Shown here in pieces: positions 1 to 11,095 of a stretch of 64,000 nucleotides of DNA (positions are counted from its first letter, which is position 1; each line of letters opens with the position of its first letter). Origin of the DNA: Massilia sp. (lineage in GTDB: Bacteria; Pseudomonadota; Gammaproteobacteria; Burkholderiales; Burkholderiaceae_D); contig NZ_JBKBOV010000025.1 in NCBI RefSeq assembly GCF_046293535.1, positions 6,588 to 70,587 on the forward strand, given 5' to 3'. The position numbers and the translations under genes are program-made. The notes beneath the pieces were generated by a model, which saw only the letters and a list, made by a program, of their open reading frames with translations, was not told the origin of the DNA and ran no database searches.

Positions 1-704
1 TTGGCCCGCGCCGCCGCGTCCTTCTCGCCGGCCAGCGCCAGGATCTTCTCGACGTGCACCTGGTACTTGGCGCGGATATCGGCCAGCTTGGCGTCATCCA
101 TCTTCAGGTAGTAATCGCGGTCCGGCATACCCAGGCCGCTCTGCGAGATGTACGTGGCATGCTGGGTCGATGCGCGCATGTCCTGGGTAACGTAGATGCC
201 GTACGGGGTGGCGACGCCAATCTTCGACAGGTGGGCGACCAGTGCCGGCAAGCCCTTCTTGTCCTTCAGCGAACGGATTTTTTGCAGTTCTGCGCCCAGT
301 GGCTTGACGCCGAGGGCATCGCGGCGCGCTTCGTCCATGTAGCTGGCGTACAAGTCGCCGATCTTCTGGGTCTCGGTCCCGGCCTTGGCCGCCTTGTCGG
401 CCTGCGCGGCTTCGATGATGGCCTTGAGCTGCGGCGTGGTGTCGTCGCGCAGCTTCATGAAGGTGCCCCAGCTGGACTTGTCGGCCGGGATCTCGGTCTC
501 CTTCAGCCATTTGCCGTTCACGTAGGTGAAGAAGTCGTCCTGCGGGCGCACGCTGGTGTCGATGTATTGGGTGTCGATGCCCGAGATCGGCGCGGCGACC
601 GGCTTGGCAGTGGCAGCAACTGCGGCTGCGGCCGGCTTGTCGGCCGCGTGGGCAAAGGCTGCCGCCAGGGACAGCGTCAGGGTGCTCAGAAGGATTCGCT
701 TCAC
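1..704 (-). CDS. M13 family zinc metallopeptidase (PepO/neprilysin-like), N-terminal part; runs off the window edge
   Basis: Manual translation from GTG at 704 (GAGGA RBS upstream): signal peptide MKRILLSTLTLSLAAAFAHA, then RPQDDFFTYVNGKW and GLGMPDRDYY, typical of the M13 N-terminal domain. Confidence 0.9.
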   Translation of the reverse strand, partial: MKRILLSTLTLSLAAAFAHAADKPAAAAVAATAKPVAAPISGIDTQYIDTSVRPQDDFFTYVNGKWLKETEIPADKSSWGTFMKLRDDTTPQLKAIIEAAQADKAAKAGTETQKIGDLYASYMDEARRDALGVKPLGAELQKIRSLKDKKGLPALVAHLSKIGVATPYGIYVTQDMRASTQHATYISQSGLGMPDRDYYLKMDDAKLADIRAKYQVHVEKILALAGEKDAAARA

Positions 705-1015
705 GGAATGGTCCTCGATTGCTTGGAATACTGGGGTTGAAAAAGCGGCCGGCTCGTGGCCGGTCTGATCGTTGTGCGCCCGCAGCGTTTCACTGTTGGC
801 CGTCTCACCCGCCGTCCTCGACGGTAAGGGCTACAAGCATTCTAGCGGGTGGGCAAGGGGCAGAAAGGGCCTGGAGGGCTTTTTTACTTTTCGATACATG
901 CAGAGAGGGGCATATCGCATATGCATGTGTTGGTACGTCACAACAACGTTGCTGCCTCGGCAGAGCCTTACTCTTGGGAATGTACAATGCCGGGGCCGGG
1001 CAGGGAAACGGGCAT

Positions 1016-1043
1016 AAAAAAGCCCGCGGAGGGGGCCGCGGGC
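1016..1043 (-). terminator. Rho-independent terminator-like hairpin on minus strand
   Basis: GCCCGCGG-aggggg-CCGCGGGC 8-bp stem with A6 tract on the left (U-tract on minus strand). Confidence 0.65.
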
Positions 1044-1296
1044 AAAGACCACTTCAAAAGTGGAGAGAGAGAAAAACTGAGATTGACTATAGGACCCCTC
1101 CCCCCTGTCCGCTTCGACTCTTACAATTGCTTACCAAGCTGGGCAATCCGTAACAAGGTCTTTACATTTCTCTACAGTGTCAGCTTGTCCGCAGATGGTT
1201 TGGCCTGCTTCGCAGCGCCCCTTGGCGTTCGGGTTTATACTGGACTTGCGCTACCTCATGTGCAATTACGGCCGCAGCGCTCACATCGGGTAATCC

Positions 1297-2724
1297 ATGG
1301 GCTCTACTTTCAAGAATTCCTGTCTCGTCGGCCTGGGCGCCATCGCCGGGGTCGCGGTGACCATGCAGTTTTCCGCGCTGGCCCAGAAGCCGGTCGAAGC
1401 CGGCATGCCCATGGCCGAGCTGCGCCAACTGGCCGACGTCTACGGCGTCATCAAGTCCACCTATGTCGAGCCGGTCGAGGACAAGGCCCTGCTGTCGGAA
1501 GCGATTTCCGGCATGGTGGCCTCGCTCGACCCGCATTCGGCCTACCTCGACCCGCGCGCCTACCGCGAGCTGCGCGAAGGCACCGAAGGCCGCTTCGTCG
1601 GCTTGGGGATAGAGATTTCCGAGAGCGAGGACGGTTTCGTGGAAATCGTCGCCCCGATCGAGGACTCCCCCGCCTGGCACGCCGGCATCAAGGAGGGCGA
1701 CCTGATCACCCAGATCGACGGCCAGCCGGTGCAGGGCTTGCCGATCGACGAGGCGATCAAGCGCATGCGCGGCGAGCCCGGCACCCGGGTGACCTTGACC
1801 ATCGCGCGCAAGGCTAGTGCCGTACCGCTGCGCTTCACCATCACACGCGGCGAAATCGTCCAGAAGAGCGTCAAGGCGAAAATGGTCGAGCCGGGCTACG
1901 CGTGGCTGCGTATCGCCCAGTTCCAGGAGCCCACCGTGGACGACATGGCGGCCAGGCTGCAGGCCCTGTACCGCGACAACCCCGACATGAAAGGCCTGGT
2001 GCTCGACCTGCGCAACGACCCCGGCGGCCTGCTGCAAGGTGCGATCGGGGTTGCCGCCGCCTTCCTGCCCAAGGATGCCGAGATCGTCTCGACCAACGGC
2101 CAGCTGGCGGACTCGCGCCAGCGCTTCTACGGCCGCCCCGAGTTCTACATGCTGCGCAGCGGCGCCGATCCGCTGGCCAGCCTGCCGCCCGCCTTCAAGA
2201 AGCTGCCGATGGTGGTGCTGGTGAACACCGGCTCGGCCTCGGCTTCCGAGATCGTGGCCGGCGCCCTGCAGGACTACAAGCGCGCCACCATCCTGGGCAG
2301 CCAGACCTTCGGCAAGGGCTCGGTGCAGACCATCCGCCCGATCGGCCGCGACGCCGCCGTCAAGCTGACCACGGCGCGCTACTACACCCCGGCCGGGCGT
2401 TCGATCCAGGCGCGCGGCATCATTCCCGACCTGCCGGTCGACGAAACGCTCGATGGCGACGGCCTGAATGCGCTGCGCATGCGCGAAGCCGACCTCGAGC
2501 GACATCTGTCGAACGACCGCGGGAACGAAGCCGCGACCCGCCAGGAAGACATCGAGGAGCAGATGCGCCTGTGGGCAGACGCGCGCACGCGCAAGCCGGT
2601 CGACTACGGCAGCGCCGACGACTTCCAGCTGGCCCAGGCCCTGCGCCACCTCAAGGGAGAAAAGGTGCAGTTGTCCAAGCGTGCCGGTGCGGCCGGCACC
2701 ACGCTGGCGCAGCACGCACGGTGA
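1297..2724 (+). CDS. ctpA: S41 family carboxy-terminal processing protease with PDZ domain
   Basis: LDPHSAYL, PDZ (GLGIEI), LDLRNDPGGLL, catalytic GSASASEIVAG and GKGSVQ motifs. Confidence 0.92.
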   Translation: MGSTFKNSCLVGLGAIAGVAVTMQFSALAQKPVEAGMPMAELRQLADVYGVIKSTYVEPVEDKALLSEAISGMVASLDPHSAYLDPRAYRELREGTEGRFVGLGIEISESEDGFVEIVAPIEDSPAWHAGIKEGDLITQIDGQPVQGLPIDEAIKRMRGEPGTRVTLTIARKASAVPLRFTITRGEIVQKSVKAKMVEPGYAWLRIAQFQEPTVDDMAARLQALYRDNPDMKGLVLDLRNDPGGLLQGAIGVAAAFLPKDAEIVSTNGQLADSRQRFYGRPEFYMLRSGADPLASLPPAFKKLPMVVLVNTGSASASEIVAGALQDYKRATILGSQTFGKGSVQTIRPIGRDAAVKLTTARYYTPAGRSIQARGIIPDLPVDETLDGDGLNALRMREADLERHLSNDRGNEAATRQEDIEEQMRLWADARTRKPVDYGSADDFQLAQALRHLKGEKVQLSKRAGAAGTTLAQHAR

Positions 2725-2837
2725 GCTAGGTTTACCTCTCTAAACTGTCGTTTTCGACAATTCCCAGGTCCGGTCCGAGGGTGTAGAATCGGCGCATCTC
2801 GCGGGCAACTCCCGTTATTTTCTTGAAAGTCCCCCAC

Positions 2838-3959
2838 ATGAAACCTGTCGTGATCAGCGGCACCGGCCTGTTTACGCCGCCGTACTCCATCTCCAACGAC
2901 GAGCTGGTAACGGCGTACAACGCCTACGTCGAGCTGTACAACCAGGAACACGCCGCCGCCATCGCCGCCGGCGACACCACCGCGCTCGAGCCGTCGAGCA
3001 GCGCCTTCATCGAAAAAGCCTCGGGCATCAAGTCGCGCTACGTGATGGAGAAGGAAGGCATCCTCGACCCGGCCCACATGACCGCGCGCATCCCCGAACG
3101 CGCCGACGAACAGGTGTCGCTGCAGGCCGAGATGTGCGTGGCCGCCGCGCGCCAAGCGCTGGAGCGCGCCGGCAAGCAGCCCTCCGACATCGACATGGTG
3201 CTGGTGGCCTGCTCGAACATGCAGCGACCCTACCCGGCCATGGCGGTCGAGGTGCAGGATGCGCTGGGCATCGATGGCTTCGGCTTCGACATGAACGTGG
3301 CCTGCTCCTCGGCCACCTTCGGCATCCAGACCGCGGTCGACGCGGTGCGCAGCGGCCGCGCGCGCGCCGTCCTGATGCTGAACCCGGAAATCACCAGCGG
3401 CCACCTGAACTTCCGCGACCGCGACAGCCACTTCATCTTTGGCGACGCCTGCACGGCCGTGATCGTCGAAGCCGCGGACACCGCGACCAGCGCCCACCAG
3501 TGGGAAATCCTGGACAGCAAGCTGAAGACCAAGTTCTCGAACAACATCCGCAACAACTTCGGCTTCATGAACCGCTTCGACGAAGCCGGCATCGGCGCGC
3601 CGGACAAGCTGTTCCGCCAGCAGGGCCGCAAGGTGTTCAAGGAAGTGTGCCCGATGGCGGCCGAGATGATCGCCGAGACTGTGCAGAACGCCGGCCTGAA
3701 GATCGCGGACGTGTCGCGCTACTGGCTGCACCAGGCCAACCTGAACATGAACCTCTTGATCGCCCGTACCCTGCTGGGCCGCGATGCCGAGCCGAACGAA
3801 GCGCCGGTGATCCTCGATACCTATGCGAATACCTCGTCGGCGGGGTCGATCATTGCGTTCCACAAGTACCAGGATGACCTGCCCTCGGGTTCGAACGGCG
3901 TGATCTGCTCGTTCGGCGCGGGTTACTCGATCGGTTGCGTGGTGGTGCGCAAGAAGTAA
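2838..3959 (+). CDS. beta-ketoacyl-ACP synthase III, long FabH-like (PA3286-type)
   Basis: Cys-His-Asn triad motifs DMNVACSS, WLHQAN, ANTSSAG; start MKPVVISGTG. Confidence 0.88.
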   Translation: MKPVVISGTGLFTPPYSISNDELVTAYNAYVELYNQEHAAAIAAGDTTALEPSSSAFIEKASGIKSRYVMEKEGILDPAHMTARIPERADEQVSLQAEMCVAAARQALERAGKQPSDIDMVLVACSNMQRPYPAMAVEVQDALGIDGFGFDMNVACSSATFGIQTAVDAVRSGRARAVLMLNPEITSGHLNFRDRDSHFIFGDACTAVIVEAADTATSAHQWEILDSKLKTKFSNNIRNNFGFMNRFDEAGIGAPDKLFRQQGRKVFKEVCPMAAEMIAETVQNAGLKIADVSRYWLHQANLNMNLLIARTLLGRDAEPNEAPVILDTYANTSSAGSIIAFHKYQDDLPSGSNGVICSFGAGYSIGCVVVRKK

Positions 3960-3977
3960 GGCTACGCTAAAGAACTT

Positions 3978-4152
3978 GGATCCCCGCCTGCGCGGGGATG
4001 ACGTTGTCCGCTGCGCGGGGATGACGTTGTCCGCCTGCGCGGGGGAGTCATGGGTGCCAGTGGCGTGCATGACGTTGTTCTAGTGTGCGAGTAAGTTAAG
4101 TCAGCGCTTTAGCCCGCGCCCGTAGCACGTCGTCCCCGCGTAGGCGGGGACC
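3978..4152. repeat. REP-like palindromic repeats (GGATCCCCGCCTGCGCGGGGATGAC family): three tandem partial copies plus one inverted copy
   Basis: ggatccccgcctgcgcggggatgac at 3978-4002, two truncated repeats to about 4045, inverted gtcgtccccgcgtaggcggggacc at about 4129-4152, between convergent genes. Confidence 0.8.
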
Positions 4153-4183
4153 AAATTTTGCCGGCGCAGCCACCAACGCAACA

Positions 4184-6250
<2,067 letters not shown>

Positions 6251-6270
6251 TTACTAAACGCTCGGGATAC

Positions 6271-6723
6271 TCAGGCCAGATGGCTTTCGCGGTCGCGCAG
6301 CTCGGCGAAGCCTTCGATGCTGCCGATGTCGACGGTCACCGGGCGCAGGACCGCGCTCGGGGACATCGAGCGCCAGGCGAACTGCCATTCCTTTTCCTGG
6401 GCCTGGCCGGCGCCCTTGGTGAAGGCCGCGCCCAGGCGCGAGCGCACGCCGTACTCGACCGGCCCGTCGATGCCGGCCCAGTCGGGCAAGGTACGCTGCA
6501 CCGCGCGGTGCAGGCGTTCGCCGAACAGCTCGGTGTTGTGGATCACCAGGCAGCTGTCGGCCGGGCCAAGCACGTCGAACAGGCGCTTGTCCCACACGGT
6601 CGAGAACGACACGGTCAGGAAGAAACCGCTGGGAACCAGGCGGAACTGGCCGCGCAGCGCGGCTTCGAGTTCGGGGCGCGTCGCGTAGCGGTGCAGGGTC
6701 GGGGGACGTTGGTAGTCGTGCAT
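6271..6723 (-). CDS. hypothetical protein (150 aa)
   Basis: ORF fills the gap between co-oriented genes; host-like codon usage; no recognised motif. Confidence 0.7.
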   Translation of the reverse strand: MHDYQRPPTLHRYATRPELEAALRGQFRLVPSGFFLTVSFSTVWDKRLFDVLGPADSCLVIHNTELFGERLHRAVQRTLPDWAGIDGPVEYGVRSRLGAAFTKGAGQAQEKEWQFAWRSMSPSAVLRPVTVDIGSIEGFAELRDRESHLA

Positions 6724-6730
6724 GTTCGGT

Positions 6731-7198
6731 TCAATCTTTGAGGGTGGTGCGCTGGTGCGGCTGCTGGAGCGAATACGTGTGCTGCATGCGCATGAAGCGC
6801 GAAGCGATCAGGACCTCGCGCAGGAAGTAGACGAAGCTGCTGATCAGGCCGATCATGGCGAGCACGAACAGGCCGGCGATGTACTGGTCCAGCGGGATGT
6901 TCATGGTATCTCCGAGGAACAGCATCGCGATCACCAGGCAGATCAGGAGGCCGCAGGCGGTGCTGGAGCCGATCGCCGTGTTGACCAGGTGCGAGCGGAC
7001 GTACAGGATCTCGAGTTCGGCCGAGTATTCGGCGTCCGGCCCCTTGCGCAGGCGGTCTTCGAGCACGCGGGTGCGGTCGATGATGCGCGCCAGCCGGTTG
7101 GTCAGCACGGTCAGCTTGGTCGCCACGCCAGTCAGCAGGAATACCGGGGCGATCGCCAACTGGATGACGTGGCCGATGTCGCTAAGCTGGAGATTCAT
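6731..7198 (-). CDS. DUF2721-family membrane protein
   Basis: IQLAIAPVFLLTGV...LTNRLARIIDRTR signature and several hydrophobic helices. Confidence 0.8.
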   Translation of the reverse strand: MNLQLSDIGHVIQLAIAPVFLLTGVATKLTVLTNRLARIIDRTRVLEDRLRKGPDAEYSAELEILYVRSHLVNTAIGSSTACGLLICLVIAMLFLGDTMNIPLDQYIAGLFVLAMIGLISSFVYFLREVLIASRFMRMQHTYSLQQPHQRTTLKD

Positions 7199-7249
7199 GG
7201 GAATGCTTCGTGTTCGTTATTCTAGGTTTTCTTCATAGTGTAACAGTCC

Positions 7250-8206
7250 TCAATCAAAGCGGCCGTGGCGCTTGAACTGCTCGGTGGCGTTCACCAGCGC
7301 GCGGGCGATGCCGGTCTCGAGGGCGCCGTGGCCGCCGTCCGGAATCATGTGCAGTTTCGCGCCCGGCCAGGCCTGGTGCAGGCGCCAGGCCGACAGCGGC
7401 GGGCAGATCACGTCGTAGCGGCCCTGCACGATGGAGGCCGGCAGGTGGGCAATGCGGCCAATGTCGCGCACCAGCTGGTCTTCTTCGAGAAAAGCGCCGT
7501 GCAGCATGTAGTGCGACTCCAGGCGGCCGACGCCGAGGTCGAGCGCATCCGACGAAGGCTCGTCCGGCTGCGGCAGCAAGAACACGCGCCGGCCTTCGAA
7601 GCGGCTCCAGGCGCGCGCGGCCGGCCAGTAGACGGCGGGATCGTGGCACAGCAGGCGTTCGCAATAAGCCTTGAGCAGGTCGCCTCGCTCGGCCTGCGGG
7701 ATCGGCGCCACGAATTCCTCGTACAGCTCGGGATAGAACCACTTGACCCCGTTGATGAACCAGTCGACTTCGGCCTTCGTGCACAGGAAGATCCCGCGCA
7801 GCACGAAGCCGAGGCAGCGCTCCGGGTGGGCCTGGCCATAGGCCAGCGCCAGGGTCGAGCCCCAGGAGCCGCCGAACACCAGCCACTGCTTGACGCCGAA
7901 CATCTGCCGCAGGCGCTCGATGTCGTCGATCAGGAGCTGGGTCGTGTTGTTGCGCCATTCGCCCAGCGGCGTCGACTTGCCGGCCCCGCGCTGATCGAAC
8001 AGGATCACGCGGTAGGCGCTCGGGTCGAAGAAGCGGCGGTGCTGCGGCGACAGGCCCGCGCCCGGCCCGCCGTGCAGGAACAGCACCGGGATGCCGTTGG
8101 GGTTGCCGACTTCTTCCCAGTAGATCGTGTGCAGCTCGTCGACGGCGAGCATGCCGTGGCGGATGGGCTGGATCGGCGGGAACAGGGACGGCGGTGTGGC
8201 AGGCAT
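7250..8206 (-). CDS. pip: prolyl aminopeptidase (proline iminopeptidase)
   Basis: LHGGPG, FDQRGAGKS, FGGSWGSTL nucleophile motif. Confidence 0.93.
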   Translation of the reverse strand: MPATPPSLFPPIQPIRHGMLAVDELHTIYWEEVGNPNGIPVLFLHGGPGAGLSPQHRRFFDPSAYRVILFDQRGAGKSTPLGEWRNNTTQLLIDDIERLRQMFGVKQWLVFGGSWGSTLALAYGQAHPERCLGFVLRGIFLCTKAEVDWFINGVKWFYPELYEEFVAPIPQAERGDLLKAYCERLLCHDPAVYWPAARAWSRFEGRRVFLLPQPDEPSSDALDLGVGRLESHYMLHGAFLEEDQLVRDIGRIAHLPASIVQGRYDVICPPLSAWRLHQAWPGAKLHMIPDGGHGALETGIARALVNATEQFKRHGRFD

Positions 8207-8260
8207 GGGACTCGGCTCTCTCGGCGGGTGGAAACCGATTGTAGCGTAGAGCCTATTCTT

Positions 8261-9583
8261 TCAGAAGAAGGTGGTCAGCGCCTCGCGCACGTTGTAGGCG
8301 TCGTCCACCGCCAGCATGACTTGCCACTTGTCGAAAGTGGTGCACGGGTGCGAGATGCCGCAGCCGACCAGGTCGCCCACCTGCAGATTGTCGCGAATGT
8401 CTCCCTCCGGCAGCGCCAGGTAGGCATGCTGGTCGTTCATCTTGAAGATCGTGCAGCCGGGTGGCAGCGCTGCGGGCGCCGCCGCCTCGCTGCCCGGACG
8501 GTGGGTGAACAGCGGCGTCGGCAGCGCTTCGTCGTAGGAGGCGTCGCGCTTGCCCATGGTGAGGATGGCCAGGCCCGGTTCGGGGCGCGACTGCACGCTG
8601 CTCCATACTTCCAGCGCCGGGCGCAATCCTTCCACGGTGTGCGCTTCGCGCGCATCGAGCTGGGCCAGCAGGCGCTGGTAGGAACCGTGGTCGCTGGTGA
8701 GGTAGCAGCCGCTGCGCAGCACGGGGCGCACCGGGCGCGACAGGCCTTCCATGCCCGCGAACCCGCGCGCCACCAGGTCGAAATAGGACGAGCCGCCGGC
8801 CGAAATCAGGATCTCGGCAGCGCCGAACAGGCCCTCGCCATCCGCCGTTTCCACCAGGTCCACCAGCTCGGCCAGGAAGGCTTTCACGGCGCGCAGGTCG
8901 GCATCGCGGTCGTCGCTGACCAAGAGGCCTTCGTAGCCTTCGAAGCCCGCCAGGGTCAGGCCATCGGCAGCGGCAATGGCGCGTGCGACCACCATCGCTT
9001 CTTCGCTCGTCCGGCAGCCGGCGCGCTTGCCGCCCAAGCCGAGTTCGACCAGCACCGGCAGGGGACGGGCCAGGCCGCGCGCGCTCATCGCCGTCGAGAG
9101 GCGCGCCACGCCCTCGATCGAGTCGGCCAGCACGAAGCATTCGAAATCGGGGTCCTCATGCAGCAGCGCCAATACCGCCTCGATGTCGGCGCGCGCCACC
9201 AGCTGGTTGGCCAGCAGCACGCGGCGCACGTTGAAGCGGTGCGCCACCTGCACCTGCGTGGCGCTGGCCAGCGTGATGCCCCAAGCGCCGTTGGCCAGCT
9301 GGGCCGCGAACAGCTGCGGGCTCATCGTGGTCTTGCCGTGCGGCGCCAGCGTGACACCGTGGCGCGCGCAGAAGTCGCGCATCCAGGCCAGGTTGTGCTG
9401 GAGCGCCGACACCTTGAGCACGGCGACCGGGAAAGAGGTGTCGCCGCGCAGCACGTTCCAGCCCTGCACGCCGATCGCGCCCTGGCGCAACGGCTCTGTC
9501 AATGGCAAGCCCTTGGTACCGGGTAGCAAGAATTGTTCGTCGAGGCTGGACAGAGCGAGGCCGTCGCGGGGCAAGGTGTGCAT
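8261..9583 (-). CDS. PLP-dependent amino acid deaminase (D-serine dehydratase/D-threonine aldolase-like, alanine racemase fold)
   Basis: LAPHGKTTMSP PLP-lysine motif, SAGGSSYFD, LRSGCY, GISHPCTTFDKW. Confidence 0.82.
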   Translation of the reverse strand: MHTLPRDGLALSSLDEQFLLPGTKGLPLTEPLRQGAIGVQGWNVLRGDTSFPVAVLKVSALQHNLAWMRDFCARHGVTLAPHGKTTMSPQLFAAQLANGAWGITLASATQVQVAHRFNVRRVLLANQLVARADIEAVLALLHEDPDFECFVLADSIEGVARLSTAMSARGLARPLPVLVELGLGGKRAGCRTSEEAMVVARAIAAADGLTLAGFEGYEGLLVSDDRDADLRAVKAFLAELVDLVETADGEGLFGAAEILISAGGSSYFDLVARGFAGMEGLSRPVRPVLRSGCYLTSDHGSYQRLLAQLDAREAHTVEGLRPALEVWSSVQSRPEPGLAILTMGKRDASYDEALPTPLFTHRPGSEAAAPAALPPGCTIFKMNDQHAYLALPEGDIRDNLQVGDLVGCGISHPCTTFDKWQVMLAVDDAYNVREALTTFF

Positions 9584-9874
9584 GAGAATCCGTTAATTCA
9601 ATAAAAGCGCTTGTCGGTTTAGTGTTAATTGCATAATTAAGAGAAAGTCTTGTTTACAAGCGATTTGCGATTACGGCAGTGTTTGATCTACTCGGCTTCT
9701 GCACACTATAAGATCATTTCTCTTTGAATTTTCTCAATATTTAAATCAACAAAAAGTTGCACTCCATCAATATAGCGATTAGATAAAATTTTATACTAGA
9801 AACTGCCAACTGACCATCTACTGATGGCAGGTCACATTGGCGCAAAATTTTAACCACTTCAAACGGAGCATAAA

Positions 9875-10054
9875 ATGCAAAATTTAAGTTCTTCTGAAAT
9901 TGATAAAATCGGCGGTGGCTATTTGCACTTGACAGATGTCGATGCATTTTTGAAATTGAATAATAATTTCAAGGGGGGCATTTTGCATGTTACACCAAAC
10001 CCTCCAGTCCGTAAGGAAAGAAATTTTCCGACATCACCAGCATTACTAGATTGA
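9875..10054 (+). CDS. double-glycine-leader peptide precursor 1 (59 aa; not in ORF track)
   Basis: Manual translation MQNLSSSEIDKIGGG/YLHLTDVDAFLKLNNNFKGGILHVTPNPPVRKERNFPTSPALLD; GGAG RBS; leader fits LSxxELxxIxGG; terminator follows. Confidence 0.7.
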   Translation: MQNLSSSEIDKIGGGYLHLTDVDAFLKLNNNFKGGILHVTPNPPVRKERNFPTSPALLD

Positions 10055-10072
10055 CTAAAGAGTGAAATCGGG

Positions 10073-10100
10073 TTGCGGTTGCTACCCAACCGCAATTTTT
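10073..10100 (+). terminator. Rho-independent terminator after precursor 1
   Basis: TTGCGGTTG-ctacc-CAACCGCAA 9-bp stem followed by TTTTT. Confidence 0.7.
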
Positions 10101-10235
10101 AAAGTTTTTGGAGAATTCCTTGAATGGAATTTTCATATAAATCCTAATAATCTAGAATCTACTTAGAGCTTTTATTCATTTGGGCAGTGCCTGGAGTAGT
10201 GAGATCATATCCTTCTGCGGCAGACCGTTGCCAAA

Positions 10236-10480
10236 CTATTGAGTCCGTTCGATCCTGATGGGCTTATCGAATGATTCTGGCCGTTCCTGCTTCCATTCCT
10301 TGAGTTCAAGAATAGGCTTTTTAAGGTCGATTACATGTTACAAATCATAGTAATTGTACGACTTCAATAGTTCACCAACATGGGCTGCAGGTTGTCCCGT
10401 TCTCGAAGCAGGTCTAGTACAGCAGGTCGCATATGCGAAACGTTGAAGAGAGCTCGTTTAGTCCCGCATGTTGCGCCGTT
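10236..10480 (-). pseudogene. possible heavily decayed IS481-like transposase C-terminal remnant
   Basis: Broken frames give RICDLLY*TCFENG and LLKSYNYYDL*HVIDLKKPILELKEWKQERPESFDKP, reminiscent from memory of IS481-family C-termini; weak. Confidence 0.25.
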
Positions 10481-10984
10481 TCACAGCGTTCGCTAATGTA
10501 ATCATATAGGTCTGACGCTTAATGATTAGCCGCGCCAAATCTTGGTGTCTGCCAAACTCTCGGGTACTACGAACTTGCGCGTGACATTATGAACTCATGC
10601 TGAAAACTGCTCTTGATGCGTTTGATGCCGCGTCTATTAACCCAATAAAGTCTTTGCGTGCAAAAAGCCAGTTACAGTAAGTTGAATTAGCACGCGAAAC
10701 AAATAATCTAATAGGTGAGCTTGCTCGTCAAGAATGTCCAGTCTTCAGCGGATACCTATCCGTTGCTGTTTTCCGCATCCAAATACAACTTTTTGTCAAT
10801 GCTTACCAAGTCTGAAGGAAAGCCTGTCATGTGCATTGATCACATGATTTGAGCCACGTCATAATAAATACTTGATTAGACAGGAGCAATGCTAACTCGA
10901 TAGATTGTTCTTTCGCAGAACGCTAACGCATATTGGAGCATGTAAAGTTGGGCTTCACATAAATTTGCATAGCGGATACATATA

Positions 10985-11029
10985 TTGCGCAACTGCAATA
11001 CCCTGTTATAAATTAGTATTATTATTATC
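10985..11029 (+). promoter_or_regulatory. candidate sigma70 extended -10 promoter for precursor 2, overlapped by a Fur-box-like 19-mer
   Basis: TTGCGC-16 nt-TATAAA with TG at the extended -10 position; AATTAGTATTATTATTATC (11011-11029) matches 13/19 of GATAATGATAATCATTATC. Confidence 0.35.
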
Positions 11030-11095
11030 TCAGCCGCGAATTTTATTGTTTGTCGGCTTTAGCAACCTCCCTACCAAATCGATGGAGAAATTAAA

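Noticed and set aside
1038-1075. Resemblance of GGCAAAGACCAC...AAGTGG to a c-di-GMP-I riboswitch P1/P2
   Set aside because: Lacks the GAAA tetraloop and GACGCAAA segment; better explained as part of the minus-strand hairpins.
9741-9947. 68-aa minus-strand ORF in the island
   Set aside because: Antisense to precursor 1, which has an RBS, leader motif and terminator.
10889-10903. AGGAG followed by tiny ORF MLTR*
   Set aside because: RBS-to-ATG spacing is only 2 nt and the ORF has 4 codons; likely chance.
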